DNA of 64,000 bases from an uncultured Verrucomicrobiae bacterium (GTDB lineage Bacteria; Verrucomicrobiota; Verrucomicrobiia; Chthoniobacterales; UBA10450). The notes beneath the pieces are model-generated. The model ran no database searches. It was given only the letters and a program-made list of their open reading frames with translations, and was not told the origin of the DNA. The stretch's first letter is position 1. Each line of letters opens with the position of its first letter. Location: positions 64,001 through 128,000 of the forward strand of contig CAVWPA010000001.1 of assembly GCA_963756875.1 (NCBI GenBank), in the 5' to 3' direction. Positions 1 to 11,564 of the stretch are shown here, one piece after another. A program made the position numbers and the translations under genes.

Positions 1-269
1 TGGCCGACCGTGCGGTGATAACCCTTGCGCCGTCGGTACTTGAACGCGATGACTTTTTTGTCCTTGCGTTGCTCCACCACTTCAGCGGTGACTTTTGCGC
101 CTGAAATGTGCGGATCGCCATGTGTGAGATTTTTCCCGTCGGCGTACATCAGTACATCTCCGAACGTGGCGGTCTTCCCGGCATCCAAGTCCAGAAGATC
201 GACATCAATCGTGTCGCCTTCCTCAACGCGGTATTGCCGCCCGCCAGTTTTGATAATTGCGTAAGCCAT
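1..269 (-). CDS. rplU: 50S ribosomal protein L21 (3' end runs off window)
   Basis: Manual translation of minus strand from ATG at 269: MAYAIIKTGGRQYRVEEGD...KKVIAFKYRRRKGYHRTVG, the L21 signature; absent from ORF track. Confidence 0.96.
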   Translation of the reverse strand, partial: MAYAIIKTGGRQYRVEEGDTIDVDLLDLDAGKTATFGDVLMYADGKNLTHGDPHISGAKVTAEVVEQRKDKKVIAFKYRRRKGYHRTVG

Positions 270-376
270 AAGCGTTTTCGGGGAGAAAAAGCCGCGAAAA
301 CTTCCATAGACCGGCCGCTTTGACAAGCGGAAAGAATCGATCTCTTGGAAGGACGCGTGCCGTCGTGTCCCAAACT

Positions 377-1069
377 TTAGGGCGCCGACGGCGCGGACGT
401 CCCGCGGCGGTGGTTTGAGATTACCAGCACAATCTCCCCTTTGGGTGGATGGGTTTCGTAGTGCTTCAACAGTTCGCCGGCCGTTCCGCGCCGGAATTCC
501 TCGAATTTTTTGGTCAGCTCGCGCGCAACGCAAAGCTGTCGGTCCGGCAGGATGTCGATGCAGGCCTTCAGCGTTTTCGTCAGCCGGTACGGGGACTCGA
601 AATAAATCGACGTTTCATCCCGCGCGGCAGCCATACCCAACTCGCGCCCGCGACGGCCGCTTTTGACGGGAAGAAATCCTCCGAAAAAGAACTGATCGGC
701 TGAAAATCCCGATCCGACCAACGCCATGAGGATGGATGACGGGCCGGGGATCATTGTGAATGGCAACGCGCGCCGAATGCATTCACGAATCAGCCGCGCT
801 CCGGGATCCGACAAGCCCGGTGTTCCAGCATCCGTGATTAATGCGATTTTTTCACCGGCTGCGAGGCGCTGGACGAGTTGGGCCGTACGCGCCGCCTCGT
901 TGTGTTGATGGAAACTGATAAACGGCTTTTCGATTTTGTAATGCTTTAGCAAAAGGCCGGAATGGCGCGTGTCTTCCGCCGCCACAAGGTCGACCTCTTT
1001 TAAGGCTTCAAGCGCGCGCAGAGTGATATCGCCCAGGTTTCCGATTGGCGTTGCGATCACGTAAAGCAT
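377..1069 (-). CDS. rsmI: 16S rRNA (cytidine1402-2'-O)-methyltransferase
   Basis: MLYVIATPIGNLGDITLRA, AEDTR, DAGTPGLSDPG, ARELTKKFEE motifs. Confidence 0.96.
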   Translation of the reverse strand: MLYVIATPIGNLGDITLRALEALKEVDLVAAEDTRHSGLLLKHYKIEKPFISFHQHNEAARTAQLVQRLAAGEKIALITDAGTPGLSDPGARLIRECIRRALPFTMIPGPSSILMALVGSGFSADQFFFGGFLPVKSGRRGRELGMAAARDETSIYFESPYRLTKTLKACIDILPDRQLCVARELTKKFEEFRRGTAGELLKHYETHPPKGEIVLVISNHRRGTSAPSAP

Positions 1070-1171
1070 GTTCGAGCATCGGGCAGGAATCTGTTTTTCG
1101 CTATTGATTGCGTTTCAGACAAAGCCAAGCGTTTAGGCGAAAACGATTAAAAAGAGGAGACACTTGAGTAT

Positions 1172-1528
1172 ATGAAAACAGGTATTTGTTTATTGGCTTT
1201 ACCTTTGGCGTTAATCGGTTGCGCGCAGAGGCCGCCACCGCCGGTGACAACAACGACAAGCGTTACCCATGAGGTGACAACAGCCGGCCTGCATGGCGGC
1301 GAACTCCTCGTGAGCAAGGCTCCTCCGCCAGCCCGCTTTGAGAAGGTGCCTGTCGCGCCCGCTCCGGACTACGCCTGGGTACGGGGTCACTGGCGCTGGA
1401 CCGGAAACCGCTATTTCTGGGCGCGCGGCCAATGGGTAGCGCGTCCCTCGGCTTCAGCTGCCTGGGTGCAGGGTCAATGGGTTCGGCGACCGGGTGGCTG
1501 GGTCTGGATTCGGGGCCGCTGGCAATAA
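1172..1528 (+). CDS. YXWGXW-repeat lipoprotein
   Basis: Lipobox LIGC, repeats WVRGHW/WARGQW/WVQGQW/WIRGRW; AGGAG RBS upstream. Confidence 0.8.
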   Translation: MKTGICLLALPLALIGCAQRPPPPVTTTTSVTHEVTTAGLHGGELLVSKAPPPARFEKVPVAPAPDYAWVRGHWRWTGNRYFWARGQWVARPSASAAWVQGQWVRRPGGWVWIRGRWQ

Positions 1529-1585
1529 ATCGATCCACCAGAAGCAAAAAACCCGGGTTATTCAGCGAATGTGATAGTCCGCCGC

Positions 1586-4500
1586 CTACCGTTTTGCCGG
1601 CCAGAGAAATTCGTCGCGATATTGCGGCGTTTCTTCAGGGGCGAAGCCGTGGCGCGTGATATTTTCGGTAACGACGCGCGGGACGAGGAAGTGGAGCAGA
1701 TAATCGGCGCCGCCGGCTTTCGTGCCGCCGCCGCTCATTTTGAATCCCCCAAACGGATGGCGGCCGACGATCGCGCCGGTGCAAGAGCGATTAATGTAAA
1801 CATTCCCGGCTTCGATTTGCGCTTTGGCGCGCTCGATGTTCGCGGGGCTGCGTGAAAAAAATCCCGCGGTCAACGCGTAATCCGTCCCATTGGCGACTTC
1901 GATTGCTTCGTCGAGATCGCGCACTTTGATGACGCTTAATACCGGCCCGAAAATTTCTTCGCGTGCAATCCGCATGTTTGGTTTCACGTTGGTGAAAATG
2001 GTCGGTGGAATGAAAAAACCTTTCTCCGGGATGTCCTTCCTCTGAAAGGCCAACTGGGCTTCCGATTTTCCGATCTCGATGTATTCCAGGATGCGTTTGT
2101 AAGCGGCACTATCGATCACCGGTCCGACCGTAACGCCGGGTTCTTCGGGATTGCCAACCCGCAGGCTGGCCACGGCGTTCAGCAACCGTTCCATCACGCG
2201 ATCGTAATTTTCTTCGAGCACGACCAGACGCGAACAGGCGGAACATTTCTGTCCCTGATAGCCGAACGCTGAATAAGTCGAATCGACAATCGCTTCGTCG
2301 AGATCGGCGTCCGAATCGATGATAATGGCGTTTTTCCCGCCCATTTCGCAAATGACGTGCTTGAGCTCTCGTTGTCCGGGCCGGGTTTTGCCGGCACTCT
2401 CCCAGATTCGCAGCCCCACTTCGCGTGAGCCGGTAAATGCAATGAGATCGATGTCCTTGTGATCGACCAGGTGCGCCCCCATGACCGAACCCTTGCCGGG
2501 CAGATAATTGAGGACGCCGGGAGGAACGCCCGCTTCCTCAAAGATCTCCATCAACATGGCGCCGACGACCGCCGACGGTTCAGCTGGTTTCATGATCACG
2601 GTGTTGCCCGTGACGAGCGCCGCCGAGGTCATGCCGGCCAAAATCGCCAACGGAAAATTCCACGGGGCGATGACGAAGGCGACTCCACGCGGCCAGTAGT
2701 GCTGATAACTTTCTTCGCCGAGGACCTGCTGGGTGAGGCGTGGCCGGCCGATCAACCGCATCTGATGCGCGTAGAAGTGGCAAAAATCGATCGCCTCGCG
2801 AATATCGCCATCGGCTTCAGACCATGGTTTGCCGACCTCGAAAATCTCGAGCGCGGAAAGTTCGTAACGCCGCCGTTCCATAATTTCGGCAGCGCGTTCA
2901 AGCAAGCGCGCGCGCGTTTCAAAGGATGTCCGTCCCCATTTTCCAGCCGCTTCGCGCGCAGCCACCACAGCCCGCTCCGTTTCGGGGATACCGGCTTCGG
3001 CGACGTGGCCGATGACTTCCTCCGGCGCGCTGGGGTTGACCGAGGCGATGGTCTTGCCCGTCCATACCTTCTCGCCGTTGATGACGAGCGGATATTTTTG
3101 GCCCAACTGAGAGCGCACATGCGCGAGCGCCGCGCGCATTCGTTCCTGATTTTGCGGGTTTCCGAAGCTCGCAAGCGGTGCATTCTCAAATGCGTCGCTG
3201 GGCGAGCCGTGTGATTGGATTTTATTCCCCGCTGACGAACCTCCGCGGGCCTCTTTATCTGGAATCTTGAAATTCTTCATACCATCCCCACTTTGCGTCA
3301 GGAGATCGTTTGGATCACGCAATAATTCTTCTTCAGAGACGTTCTCGGCAAATTTTGCTCGCAGGAAACCTTCGTTGGACGTGTTTTCGAGCAAGCGGCG
3401 AACGAGGTACGACATCCCCGGGAGAAGCTCGCCCACCGGGCAATATTCGCGAACGCGATAACCCATTTCTACGAGGGCGCGCTTGATCGGTCCGCCCATG
3501 CCGTAAAGCAATTGGAATTCGAAGCGGCTGCGATCGATCCCCAGTTGATCCGCGAACGCCTGCGCGTGCGCGATGCTGCGCACATTGTGCGAGCCGAATG
3601 CCGGAGTGACGATGTCTTCATTTTCAAGCAGGAGGCGCGTAAGCAGCTCGAAATTCGCGTCGCTCTCGGGCTTTTGCAGATAAACCGGGACACTCCAGCC
3701 GTTCTGCATCGATTTGATTTTTTCGTAGTCCCAGTACGCGCCTTTGACCAGCCGAACGGCGAACCGCGTGCCGCGTGACCGGCCCCACTCGAGCAGCCGG
3801 ACAAGGTCCGCTTCCGCATCGCGCAGATAGGCCTGGATCACAATGCCGGCATGCCGCCAATCGTGAAATTCCGCTTCGGTAAAAAGCATTTTGAAAAGCT
3901 CGAGCGTAGCGTTCTTATGCGCGTAACTTTCCATGTCGAAATTGACGAACGCGCCCAGTTCGCGGGCGCGGCGCAGAATGGGACGAAGCTTTGGCGCGAG
4001 ATGCGCAATCGCGTCCGCCGGATCGGCCGGATTCATCTGTGAATACAGTGCGGAAATTTTCACAGAGAGATTTACGACGGGGAATAATTCGGAATTCTTT
4101 CCAAGCGGATCGGTCCAGTCCCGTGTTTCGGCGGCCAGACGTTCAAGCAAGTCCAGGCAACGCGTTGCGTATTGCGTTGCTTCCTTTTCGCTTACCACCG
4201 CTTCGCCCAAAAGATCGACCGTGAAGTCAATTTTTTTTGCGTGGCGCTTGCGCAACGTTTTCATTACATCGTCGGGATTCCTTCCGGCAATGAATTGCCG
4301 GGCCATCCCGGCAACGTTCCAGCGCAGGACGCGGCCGCTCACCCAGGGCAGCGCCCTGGCGGCCCAGACGCCTGTTCGCAAAAGCGGGGCGAAGCCGTTG
4401 CGCGTCTCGGCGAAATATTCGTCGAGATGCCGCACGATCTCTCCATTGCGCCGAAGCGAAGCCAGAACATCGACAAAGCGAAACATCTGGACCTTGAAAT

Positions 4501-4633
4501 TCTCGTCGCGCATCGAGAACTCCATCAGGCGTTGATAGAATCCGGCTTTGCTGAAAAGCGAGTCGGAGTGGCGATCAACCAGATCGAAAATTGCGGCGCC
4601 GCGCCGCTCGATTTCACCCTGGAGAGAGCTCAT
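1586..4633 (-). CDS. putA: Bifunctional proline dehydrogenase / glutamate-semialdehyde (P5C) dehydrogenase
   Basis: RLVKGAYWD, YLVRRLLEN, EMGGKN, GQKCSA, EEIFGP motifs. Confidence 0.96.
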   Translation of the reverse strand: MSSLQGEIERRGAAIFDLVDRHSDSLFSKAGFYQRLMEFSMRDENFKVQMFRFVDVLASLRRNGEIVRHLDEYFAETRNGFAPLLRTGVWAARALPWVSGRVLRWNVAGMARQFIAGRNPDDVMKTLRKRHAKKIDFTVDLLGEAVVSEKEATQYATRCLDLLERLAAETRDWTDPLGKNSELFPVVNLSVKISALYSQMNPADPADAIAHLAPKLRPILRRARELGAFVNFDMESYAHKNATLELFKMLFTEAEFHDWRHAGIVIQAYLRDAEADLVRLLEWGRSRGTRFAVRLVKGAYWDYEKIKSMQNGWSVPVYLQKPESDANFELLTRLLLENEDIVTPAFGSHNVRSIAHAQAFADQLGIDRSRFEFQLLYGMGGPIKRALVEMGYRVREYCPVGELLPGMSYLVRRLLENTSNEGFLRAKFAENVSEEELLRDPNDLLTQSGDGMKNFKIPDKEARGGSSAGNKIQSHGSPSDAFENAPLASFGNPQNQERMRAALAHVRSQLGQKYPLVINGEKVWTGKTIASVNPSAPEEVIGHVAEAGIPETERAVVAAREAAGKWGRTSFETRARLLERAAEIMERRRYELSALEIFEVGKPWSEADGDIREAIDFCHFYAHQMRLIGRPRLTQQVLGEESYQHYWPRGVAFVIAPWNFPLAILAGMTSAALVTGNTVIMKPAEPSAVVGAMLMEIFEEAGVPPGVLNYLPGKGSVMGAHLVDHKDIDLIAFTGSREVGLRIWESAGKTRPGQRELKHVICEMGGKNAIIIDSDADLDEAIVDSTYSAFGYQGQKCSACSRLVVLEENYDRVMERLLNAVASLRVGNPEEPGVTVGPVIDSAAYKRILEYIEIGKSEAQLAFQRKDIPEKGFFIPPTIFTNVKPNMRIAREEIFGPVLSVIKVRDLDEAIEVANGTDYALTAGFFSRSPANIERAKAQIEAGNVYINRSCTGAIVGRHPFGGFKMSGGGTKAGGADYLLHFLVPRVVTENITRHGFAPEETPQYRDEFLWPAKR

Positions 4634-4901
4634 TGCGAAAAACTAATCTCGCGATTTGGGTTAGGCAAAAGAAGAACGCGCTGGTTGGAGCGAAAAGATC
4701 GATTTCTGCTGAGATACGGTCACTTTGCGCCCCGGATTCGAAGTAAGGCTGAAAGCGCTTCTCTTCGGGGGCAACTAGAGGTGATCTGGCCGGCGAGCCC
4801 TTGAAGCCCTGTGCGCCGGGGCTCGTTAGGCGATCTCTGTATTTAAGTGAGCGGTCGCTTCCGATTTGATCGCAACGCCAGAGTCGGTTAGCAAGATCGG
4901 G

Positions 4902-5969
4902 ATGCAAAACTCTGATGGGCGGTATGAACTGGCCAGCGACAACACGGCTGCGATTTGCCCCGAGGCGCTGGCCGCGCTGGAAAAGGCAAACATGGGCGCG
5001 ACGCCTTCCTACGGGGACGACCAGTGGACTGCGCAGCTTCGCGAACGAGTGCGCGAGATTTTCGAGACAGACTGCGTTGCTCACCTCGTTTTCAATGGCA
5101 CTGCCGCCAACGCGCTCGCTCTCGCGCAACTTTGCCAGTCTTTTCACAGCATTGTTTGTCATGAGAATGCCCATATTCAGACGGACGAATGTGGCGCGCC
5201 GGAATTCTTCACGAAGGGGTCGAAGCTGCTTCTCGTGGGCGGCGGCAATGGCAAGATCGACATTGGCCAGGCGGAAACAGTCATTGCACGTCAGCCGGAA
5301 CTGCATGCCCACAAGCCCCGCGCAATCAGTGTGACCCAGTCCACGGAGTTTGGGACGGTTTACCGACCCGAGGAGATCGCTGCAGTGGCCGAATTGGCGC
5401 GCAGACACGAAATGTTTTTACACATGGATGGCGCGCGCTTTGCGAATGCCATTGCCTCTCTCAATTGCGCACCCAAGGAAATTACATGGCAGCTTGGTGT
5501 CGATGTTCTCTGCTTTGGCGGAACCAAAAACGGCGTGGCCGCAGGCGAATTAGTTGTCTTTTTTAGAAAAGAACTGGCTCGGGAGTTTGATTATCGCCTC
5601 AAACAAGGCGGTCAACTTGCGTCGAAGATGCGTTTCCTGGCCGCGCCCTGGCTTGGGCTTTTGACCAACGATGCCTGGTTGCGCAATGCGAGACATGCCA
5701 ACCAAATGGCCGTCCGGTTGGCCGAACGTTTGCGAATGGAAGCCGGGTTAAATGTCGTTTTTCCGGTGGAAGCGAGCGGCGTTTTTGTTCAACTCAACGA
5801 GCAGATTGTGCGGGGCCTGCATGATCGCGGCTGGCATTTCTACAAATTTGTCGAGCCGGATATTTATCGAATGATGTGCTCGTGGTCTGCGACCGGTGCG
5901 GAGATCGATGCGTTCGTTGCCGGTGTCTGTTGCATTCAGCAGAAGCTCACCGATATAAGAACCAGATGA
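4902..5969 (+). CDS. ltaE: Low-specificity L-threonine aldolase (PLP)
   Basis: ASDN, FNGTAAN, HMDGARFANA, FGGTKNG motifs; ATG at 4902 chosen as start. Confidence 0.88.
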   Translation: MQNSDGRYELASDNTAAICPEALAALEKANMGATPSYGDDQWTAQLRERVREIFETDCVAHLVFNGTAANALALAQLCQSFHSIVCHENAHIQTDECGAPEFFTKGSKLLLVGGGNGKIDIGQAETVIARQPELHAHKPRAISVTQSTEFGTVYRPEEIAAVAELARRHEMFLHMDGARFANAIASLNCAPKEITWQLGVDVLCFGGTKNGVAAGELVVFFRKELAREFDYRLKQGGQLASKMRFLAAPWLGLLTNDAWLRNARHANQMAVRLAERLRMEAGLNVVFPVEASGVFVQLNEQIVRGLHDRGWHFYKFVEPDIYRMMCSWSATGAEIDAFVAGVCCIQQKLTDIRTR

Positions 5970-6439
5970 ATCCGGTAACGGTCGCGATCGTTCTTCTCGG
6001 AATCTCCGTTGCAGGTTGCGCCCCCACACAGACCGTCGCCGTAACATCGTACCACGCCGTGACCGCGCCCGTTAGAATGGTTCATCGGGCGATCGCAGGG
6101 AAACCGTCAGAGACAAAAGCCGCGAGTTCCGACGTAGCGCATCCCGGCCAACCGATCGCAACGCCGACGCCGCGGATGGTTAGACACAGCTCCACATCCG
6201 AACGGACGTTACAAGTCAGCTCGACCCGAACTGTGCCGAAGTCGTCGCCATCACCATCACCATCGTCTCGCGTGACCGCCAGGCAGCCGCAGTTTCCCGT
6301 CGCCCAGGCGGTCCCTGGAAAGCCGGGACTGGTTTATAGCCCGTTCAGCCCCAACGGCGCATTGATCGACGTCAGCGGGTACCCGCCTGGGAGCAAAGTC
6401 AAAGATCCGGATTCGCAAAAAATCTTCGTGGTGCCGTAG
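5966..6439 (+). CDS. Hypothetical lipoprotein with C-terminal VPGKPG...KDP..KIFVVP module
   Basis: ATGA overlap with ltaE stop; lipobox VAGC; C-terminal module similar to 30070..30474. Confidence 0.75.
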   Translation: MNPVTVAIVLLGISVAGCAPTQTVAVTSYHAVTAPVRMVHRAIAGKPSETKAASSDVAHPGQPIATPTPRMVRHSSTSERTLQVSSTRTVPKSSPSPSPSSRVTARQPQFPVAQAVPGKPGLVYSPFSPNGALIDVSGYPPGSKVKDPDSQKIFVVP

Positions 6440-6547
6440 CTTTCACCGGCGACTCACGGTCAATCAGGGAAATAAAATTGTCTGAAAACATGCGCGGTTT
6501 CGTCCGAATCGCGCACGAATATTGCTTTTATAGAGTTTATACTAGTT

Positions 6548-7882
<1,335 letters not shown>

Positions 7883-7911
7883 ACGTCAGTTTCTAATTTT
7901 TTACAGACTTT

Positions 7912-8493
7912 ATGAAAAAGACATACTTCTTAGCCCTCCTGGGCGGATTCATCCTCAATATTGGTTTCACCCAGGCCACAACCGTTATTCCCCCGACGTT
8001 CGACCAACTCGTCGGTCAGGCGGAATTTATATTTCAAGGATCGGTTACCGACACGCGTTCGATGTGGGTGGGCGAAGGCGCGCAACGCCACATTATCAGT
8101 TACATTACGTTCAAGGTGGAAGATACGATGAAGGGGAAGCCCGGCGCGTCGTTTGTTATGCGAATGCTTGGCGGCACCGTCGATGGAGAAACGATGGAAG
8201 TGACCGACTCACCGAAGTTCCAAATTGGCGACCGCGACATTCTATTCGTCGAAAACAATGGGCAGCAGTTCGTGCCCCTGGTTGGGATCAATCACGGCCG
8301 TTTTCATGTTAAAACCGATAGACAAACCGGCCGCGAAATTGTCACGAATGGCGAAGACGAGCCCGTTGGTGATGTGAACAGGCTTGGCCGCCGAGAAGAA
8401 GCGGCTGCGGCGGCCACGGCGTCCGAGGCTCTATCGCCTGTCAGCTTTAAGGCCGCAATTCAGAGCAAGCTGGCCGGCCAGTTGCTTAATTAA
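7912..8493 (+). CDS. Secreted hypothetical protein, possible TIMP/NTR-like OB fold
   Basis: Signal peptide ending TQA; QAEFIFQGSV, FKVEDTMKG, FQIGDRDILF pattern; directly after matrixin. Confidence 0.75.
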   Translation: MKKTYFLALLGGFILNIGFTQATTVIPPTFDQLVGQAEFIFQGSVTDTRSMWVGEGAQRHIISYITFKVEDTMKGKPGASFVMRMLGGTVDGETMEVTDSPKFQIGDRDILFVENNGQQFVPLVGINHGRFHVKTDRQTGREIVTNGEDEPVGDVNRLGRREEAAAAATASEALSPVSFKAAIQSKLAGQLLN

Positions 8494-8580
8494 GCTCGAG
8501 TCGGGACGGCAGCTCTCAGTCTCATCCTTCTCCGCCAGCGTCGCCCAACTGCGTCGCGCGGGTTGTGTCGCCAAACAGCC

Positions 8581-8645
8581 TCAAGAAGCAACGGCTTTCA
8601 GCCGCCGAGCTACATAAACGGCGGCTGGAAAGTCACCGCTCTTGA
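8581..8645. repeat. Intergenic inverted repeat (REP-doublet-like)
   Basis: TCAAGA...CTTTCAGCCGCCG / CGGCGGCTGGAAAG...TCTTGA arms. Confidence 0.6.
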
Positions 8646-8721
8646 ATGCTCGTTCTTCTTTTGCAACATCAGCCGACCGATTCTTTCGCGTTCGCGTTCC
8701 TCTCGCTTTAGATGATGTTAA

Positions 8722-10881
8722 ATGAGCGGTATGCATAAGGTTTGTCTGGCGACTTGCGTGTTCTCGATCTTCTGCGCAGGCGCACTGTTCGGTCAAACTT
8801 ACGAAGGACGGCAGTTGGTAAAAGCCGAACTCGTGGCAGGCACCTCGGCCGTGGTTCCGGGAAAGCCCTTCACCATCGGGCTGCTTCTTCGCATGGCCCC
8901 GCACTGGCACACTTATTGGAAATATTCCGGCGACGCCGGGTTACCGACCGAAATCCATTGGCACCTGCCGCAGGGTTGGAAAGCCGGAGAGATCCAGTGG
9001 CCAATTCCACTTAAAACCGCCGATCCGGGCGACATTCAGACCTACGGTTACCAGGATGAGGTGATGCTCATGCAAACAATCACGCCGGCGCCGGCGATCG
9101 ACAAGTCTGCGGTCACCTTGTCGGCGGACGCAAACTGGCTGGTTTGCGAAAAAATCTGCGTTCCGGGTAGCGCGACCCTGCAGATCGAACTGCCAGTATC
9201 GAAGACGGGCGAGCCGAAGAATACCGAGCTTTTCGAGCGCTATCGGCGTTTGCTTCCACAAAACTGGCCAGGCCCGGACGTCGCCAAAGCCGCTTGGAGC
9301 CACGCCGGATCCGCTCTTCGTCTGCGCCTGATGAGCGCGGCGTTGGCGAGCCATCCTTCGGTCGATTTTTTTCCTCTGCCACCGGACAGGGTAGTTATCG
9401 GTCACCCTGAGATCGAGTCTCGGAACAAGGACGAAATTGTCTTTCGAATTTCACTTGAGACGTCCAGCAAGAATCTGTTGTCGATGCAGGGTCTCGTCGT
9501 ATTCGGGCCGCATCCGAATAGCGACAATCGCGCGGCGTGGCAGCTTGGAGAAACTGCGGCGCGGGCGGGAGCCGCGGCGGGTGCCGCTTCGATTTCGGCC
9601 CCGGTTTCGCCTCGAACACCGGCCCGCGGCATCCTCGCGTTTCTCTTTCTGGGTTTTGTGGGCGGTTTCATTTTAAATCTGATGCCCTGTGTTCTGCCGG
9701 TTATCTCGCTTAAAATTTTCGGTTTCATCAAGCAGGCGGGACAGAGCCGTCAAAAAATTCTGCGCAGCGGTCTTGCGTTCACAGCAGGGATTTTCGCGTG
9801 GTTCGTTGCGCTCGCCTTGCTGTTGATTGCGCTGAAGATCGCCGGTCGCGACGTTACCTGGGGCGGCTTTCAATTTACAAACGCTTACTTCGTCCTCGCG
9901 CTTAGCATCGTCGTGCTTGTCTTTGCGCTAAATCTCTTTGGCGTATTCGAAATCTCGCTGCCGCAAAGTATGACGCGCGGTCTGCTCTCCACCACGGAAC
10001 GCAGAGACCATTTCGGTTCGTTTTTTCAAGGAGTGTTCGCCACTGTTCTGGCTACTCCGTGCACCGCGCCGTTTCTCGGCACCGCGCTCGGTTTTGCATT
10101 CACGCAATCGCCTCTCGTCATCTTCTTGATGTTTCTGGCTGTCGCCGCCGGAATGAGTGCACCCTATGTTCTGCTCAGCGCGCAACCCGCCTGGTTGCGG
10201 TTTATTCCGCAGCCCGGCCCGTGGATGCTGCATGTCAAACAGTTCATGGGTTTCCTTCTGCTGGCGACTCTGCTCTTCCTGCTCTACGTGCTCGGAGCGC
10301 AGCGCGGTCTCGAGGGCGCGATTTGGGCGAGCTGCTTTTTGCTGGTCGTCGCGATCGCGTGCTGGATGAAAGGGGCCTTTTTCGGTCCGACAACGACGGC
10401 TCGAGCGCGAGGCGTCGTGCTTGTTCTCATACTCGCGCTCCTGATCGGCTCCGGTTTTTATTTCATCGGCGACAAGTTTCGTTCGGCGACAATCCCCGCG
10501 GCGAATTCACAGCTGGGAGACGACTGGCAACCATTCACCGCGGAGCGTTTGAAAAGTGAACTCGCGCAAGGGCGTTCGGTATTTGTCGATTTTACGGCTG
10601 CCTGGTGTCTCACCTGTAAATTTAACGAAAAAACCGTGCTCGAGAGCGCGCCGGTGCGCGACGCATTCCGCCGTCACAGCATCGTCAAATTGAAAGCCGA
10701 CTGGACGAACGGCGACCCCGCAATCACAAAATTATTAAAACAATTTGGCCGGCCAGGTGTCCCATTGTATGTGCTTTATCCGGGCAAATCCGAGGAACCG
10801 GTTGTGTTGCCGGAGTTGCTCACTAAAAGTATCATCCTGGATAAACTGGAAAGCGTTTCACCTACTATTGTTTCAGAATAG
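8722..10881 (+). CDS. dsbD: Thiol:disulfide interchange protein DsbD family
   Basis: WHTYWK, WLVCEKIC, NLMPCVLPV, ATPCTAPF, WCLTC thioredoxin domain. Confidence 0.92.
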   Translation: MSGMHKVCLATCVFSIFCAGALFGQTYEGRQLVKAELVAGTSAVVPGKPFTIGLLLRMAPHWHTYWKYSGDAGLPTEIHWHLPQGWKAGEIQWPIPLKTADPGDIQTYGYQDEVMLMQTITPAPAIDKSAVTLSADANWLVCEKICVPGSATLQIELPVSKTGEPKNTELFERYRRLLPQNWPGPDVAKAAWSHAGSALRLRLMSAALASHPSVDFFPLPPDRVVIGHPEIESRNKDEIVFRISLETSSKNLLSMQGLVVFGPHPNSDNRAAWQLGETAARAGAAAGAASISAPVSPRTPARGILAFLFLGFVGGFILNLMPCVLPVISLKIFGFIKQAGQSRQKILRSGLAFTAGIFAWFVALALLLIALKIAGRDVTWGGFQFTNAYFVLALSIVVLVFALNLFGVFEISLPQSMTRGLLSTTERRDHFGSFFQGVFATVLATPCTAPFLGTALGFAFTQSPLVIFLMFLAVAAGMSAPYVLLSAQPAWLRFIPQPGPWMLHVKQFMGFLLLATLLFLLYVLGAQRGLEGAIWASCFLLVVAIACWMKGAFFGPTTTARARGVVLVLILALLIGSGFYFIGDKFRSATIPAANSQLGDDWQPFTAERLKSELAQGRSVFVDFTAAWCLTCKFNEKTVLESAPVRDAFRRHSIVKLKADWTNGDPAITKLLKQFGRPGVPLYVLYPGKSEEPVVLPELLTKSIILDKLESVSPTIVSE

Positions 10882-10884
10882 CTT

Positions 10885-11499
10885 ATGAAAACAAAACTGT
10901 TTCTCACTGTAATTACCGCGGTCATTGGCGGCGCAATTTACGCGTCGGACATTCCACCGGTCGGCAGCGCCGCTCCGGACTTCTCGCTCACCGATACCCA
11001 CGGCGAGACGCATTCGCTGTCGCAATACAAAGGCAAATACGTCGTGCTCGAGTGGTTCAATCCGGAATGCCCCTTTGTGAAAAAACATTACGGCAGCGAC
11101 AACATGCAGAAGCTGCAAAAGGAATACACAAGCAAGGGCGTGGTCTGGCTGACGATCGATTCCAACGCGCCGGGAACATACGGCAGCATGACACCGGAAG
11201 AAGCGCAAAAAATCATGACTTCCTGGAAAACGCATCAGACTGCGCTGCTTCTTGATCCGCAGGGGAAAGCCGGCCGCGCGTACGGCGCGAAAAACACGCC
11301 GGACATGGTGGTGATTAACCCCGAAGGCAAGATCGTTTACGAAGGCGCCATCGACAGCAAAGCCACGCCGAATCCGGCCGACATTCCAACTTCGACCAAC
11401 TATGTCAAAGCGGCTTTGGATGAATCGATGTCTGGCAAACCGGTCAGCAATCCAACCACGCGCCCATACGGTTGCCACGTGCAATACAAATCGTCGTAA
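10885..11499 (+). CDS. Secreted thioredoxin-like (AhpC/TSA redoxin) protein
   Basis: APDFSL, EWFNPECPFV, YEGAID, YGC. Confidence 0.88.
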   Translation: MKTKLFLTVITAVIGGAIYASDIPPVGSAAPDFSLTDTHGETHSLSQYKGKYVVLEWFNPECPFVKKHYGSDNMQKLQKEYTSKGVVWLTIDSNAPGTYGSMTPEEAQKIMTSWKTHQTALLLDPQGKAGRAYGAKNTPDMVVINPEGKIVYEGAIDSKATPNPADIPTSTNYVKAALDESMSGKPVSNPTTRPYGCHVQYKSS

Positions 11500-11512
11500 C
11501 GCGGGCCTGACC

Positions 11513-11541
11513 TGTAGCCGCGGTCGGCGACCCCGGCTACA
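11513..11541. repeat. GTAG-headed palindrome between convergent genes
   Basis: TGTAGCCGCGGTCGGCGACCCCGGCTACA. Confidence 0.7.
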
Positions 11542-11564
11542 ACTGCTGGAGGGTGATTTCGCAT

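Noticed and set aside
3195..3300. Low-complexity PutA interdomain segment as a repeat insertion
   Set aside because: No palindrome or sister copy seen; this linker is naturally variable
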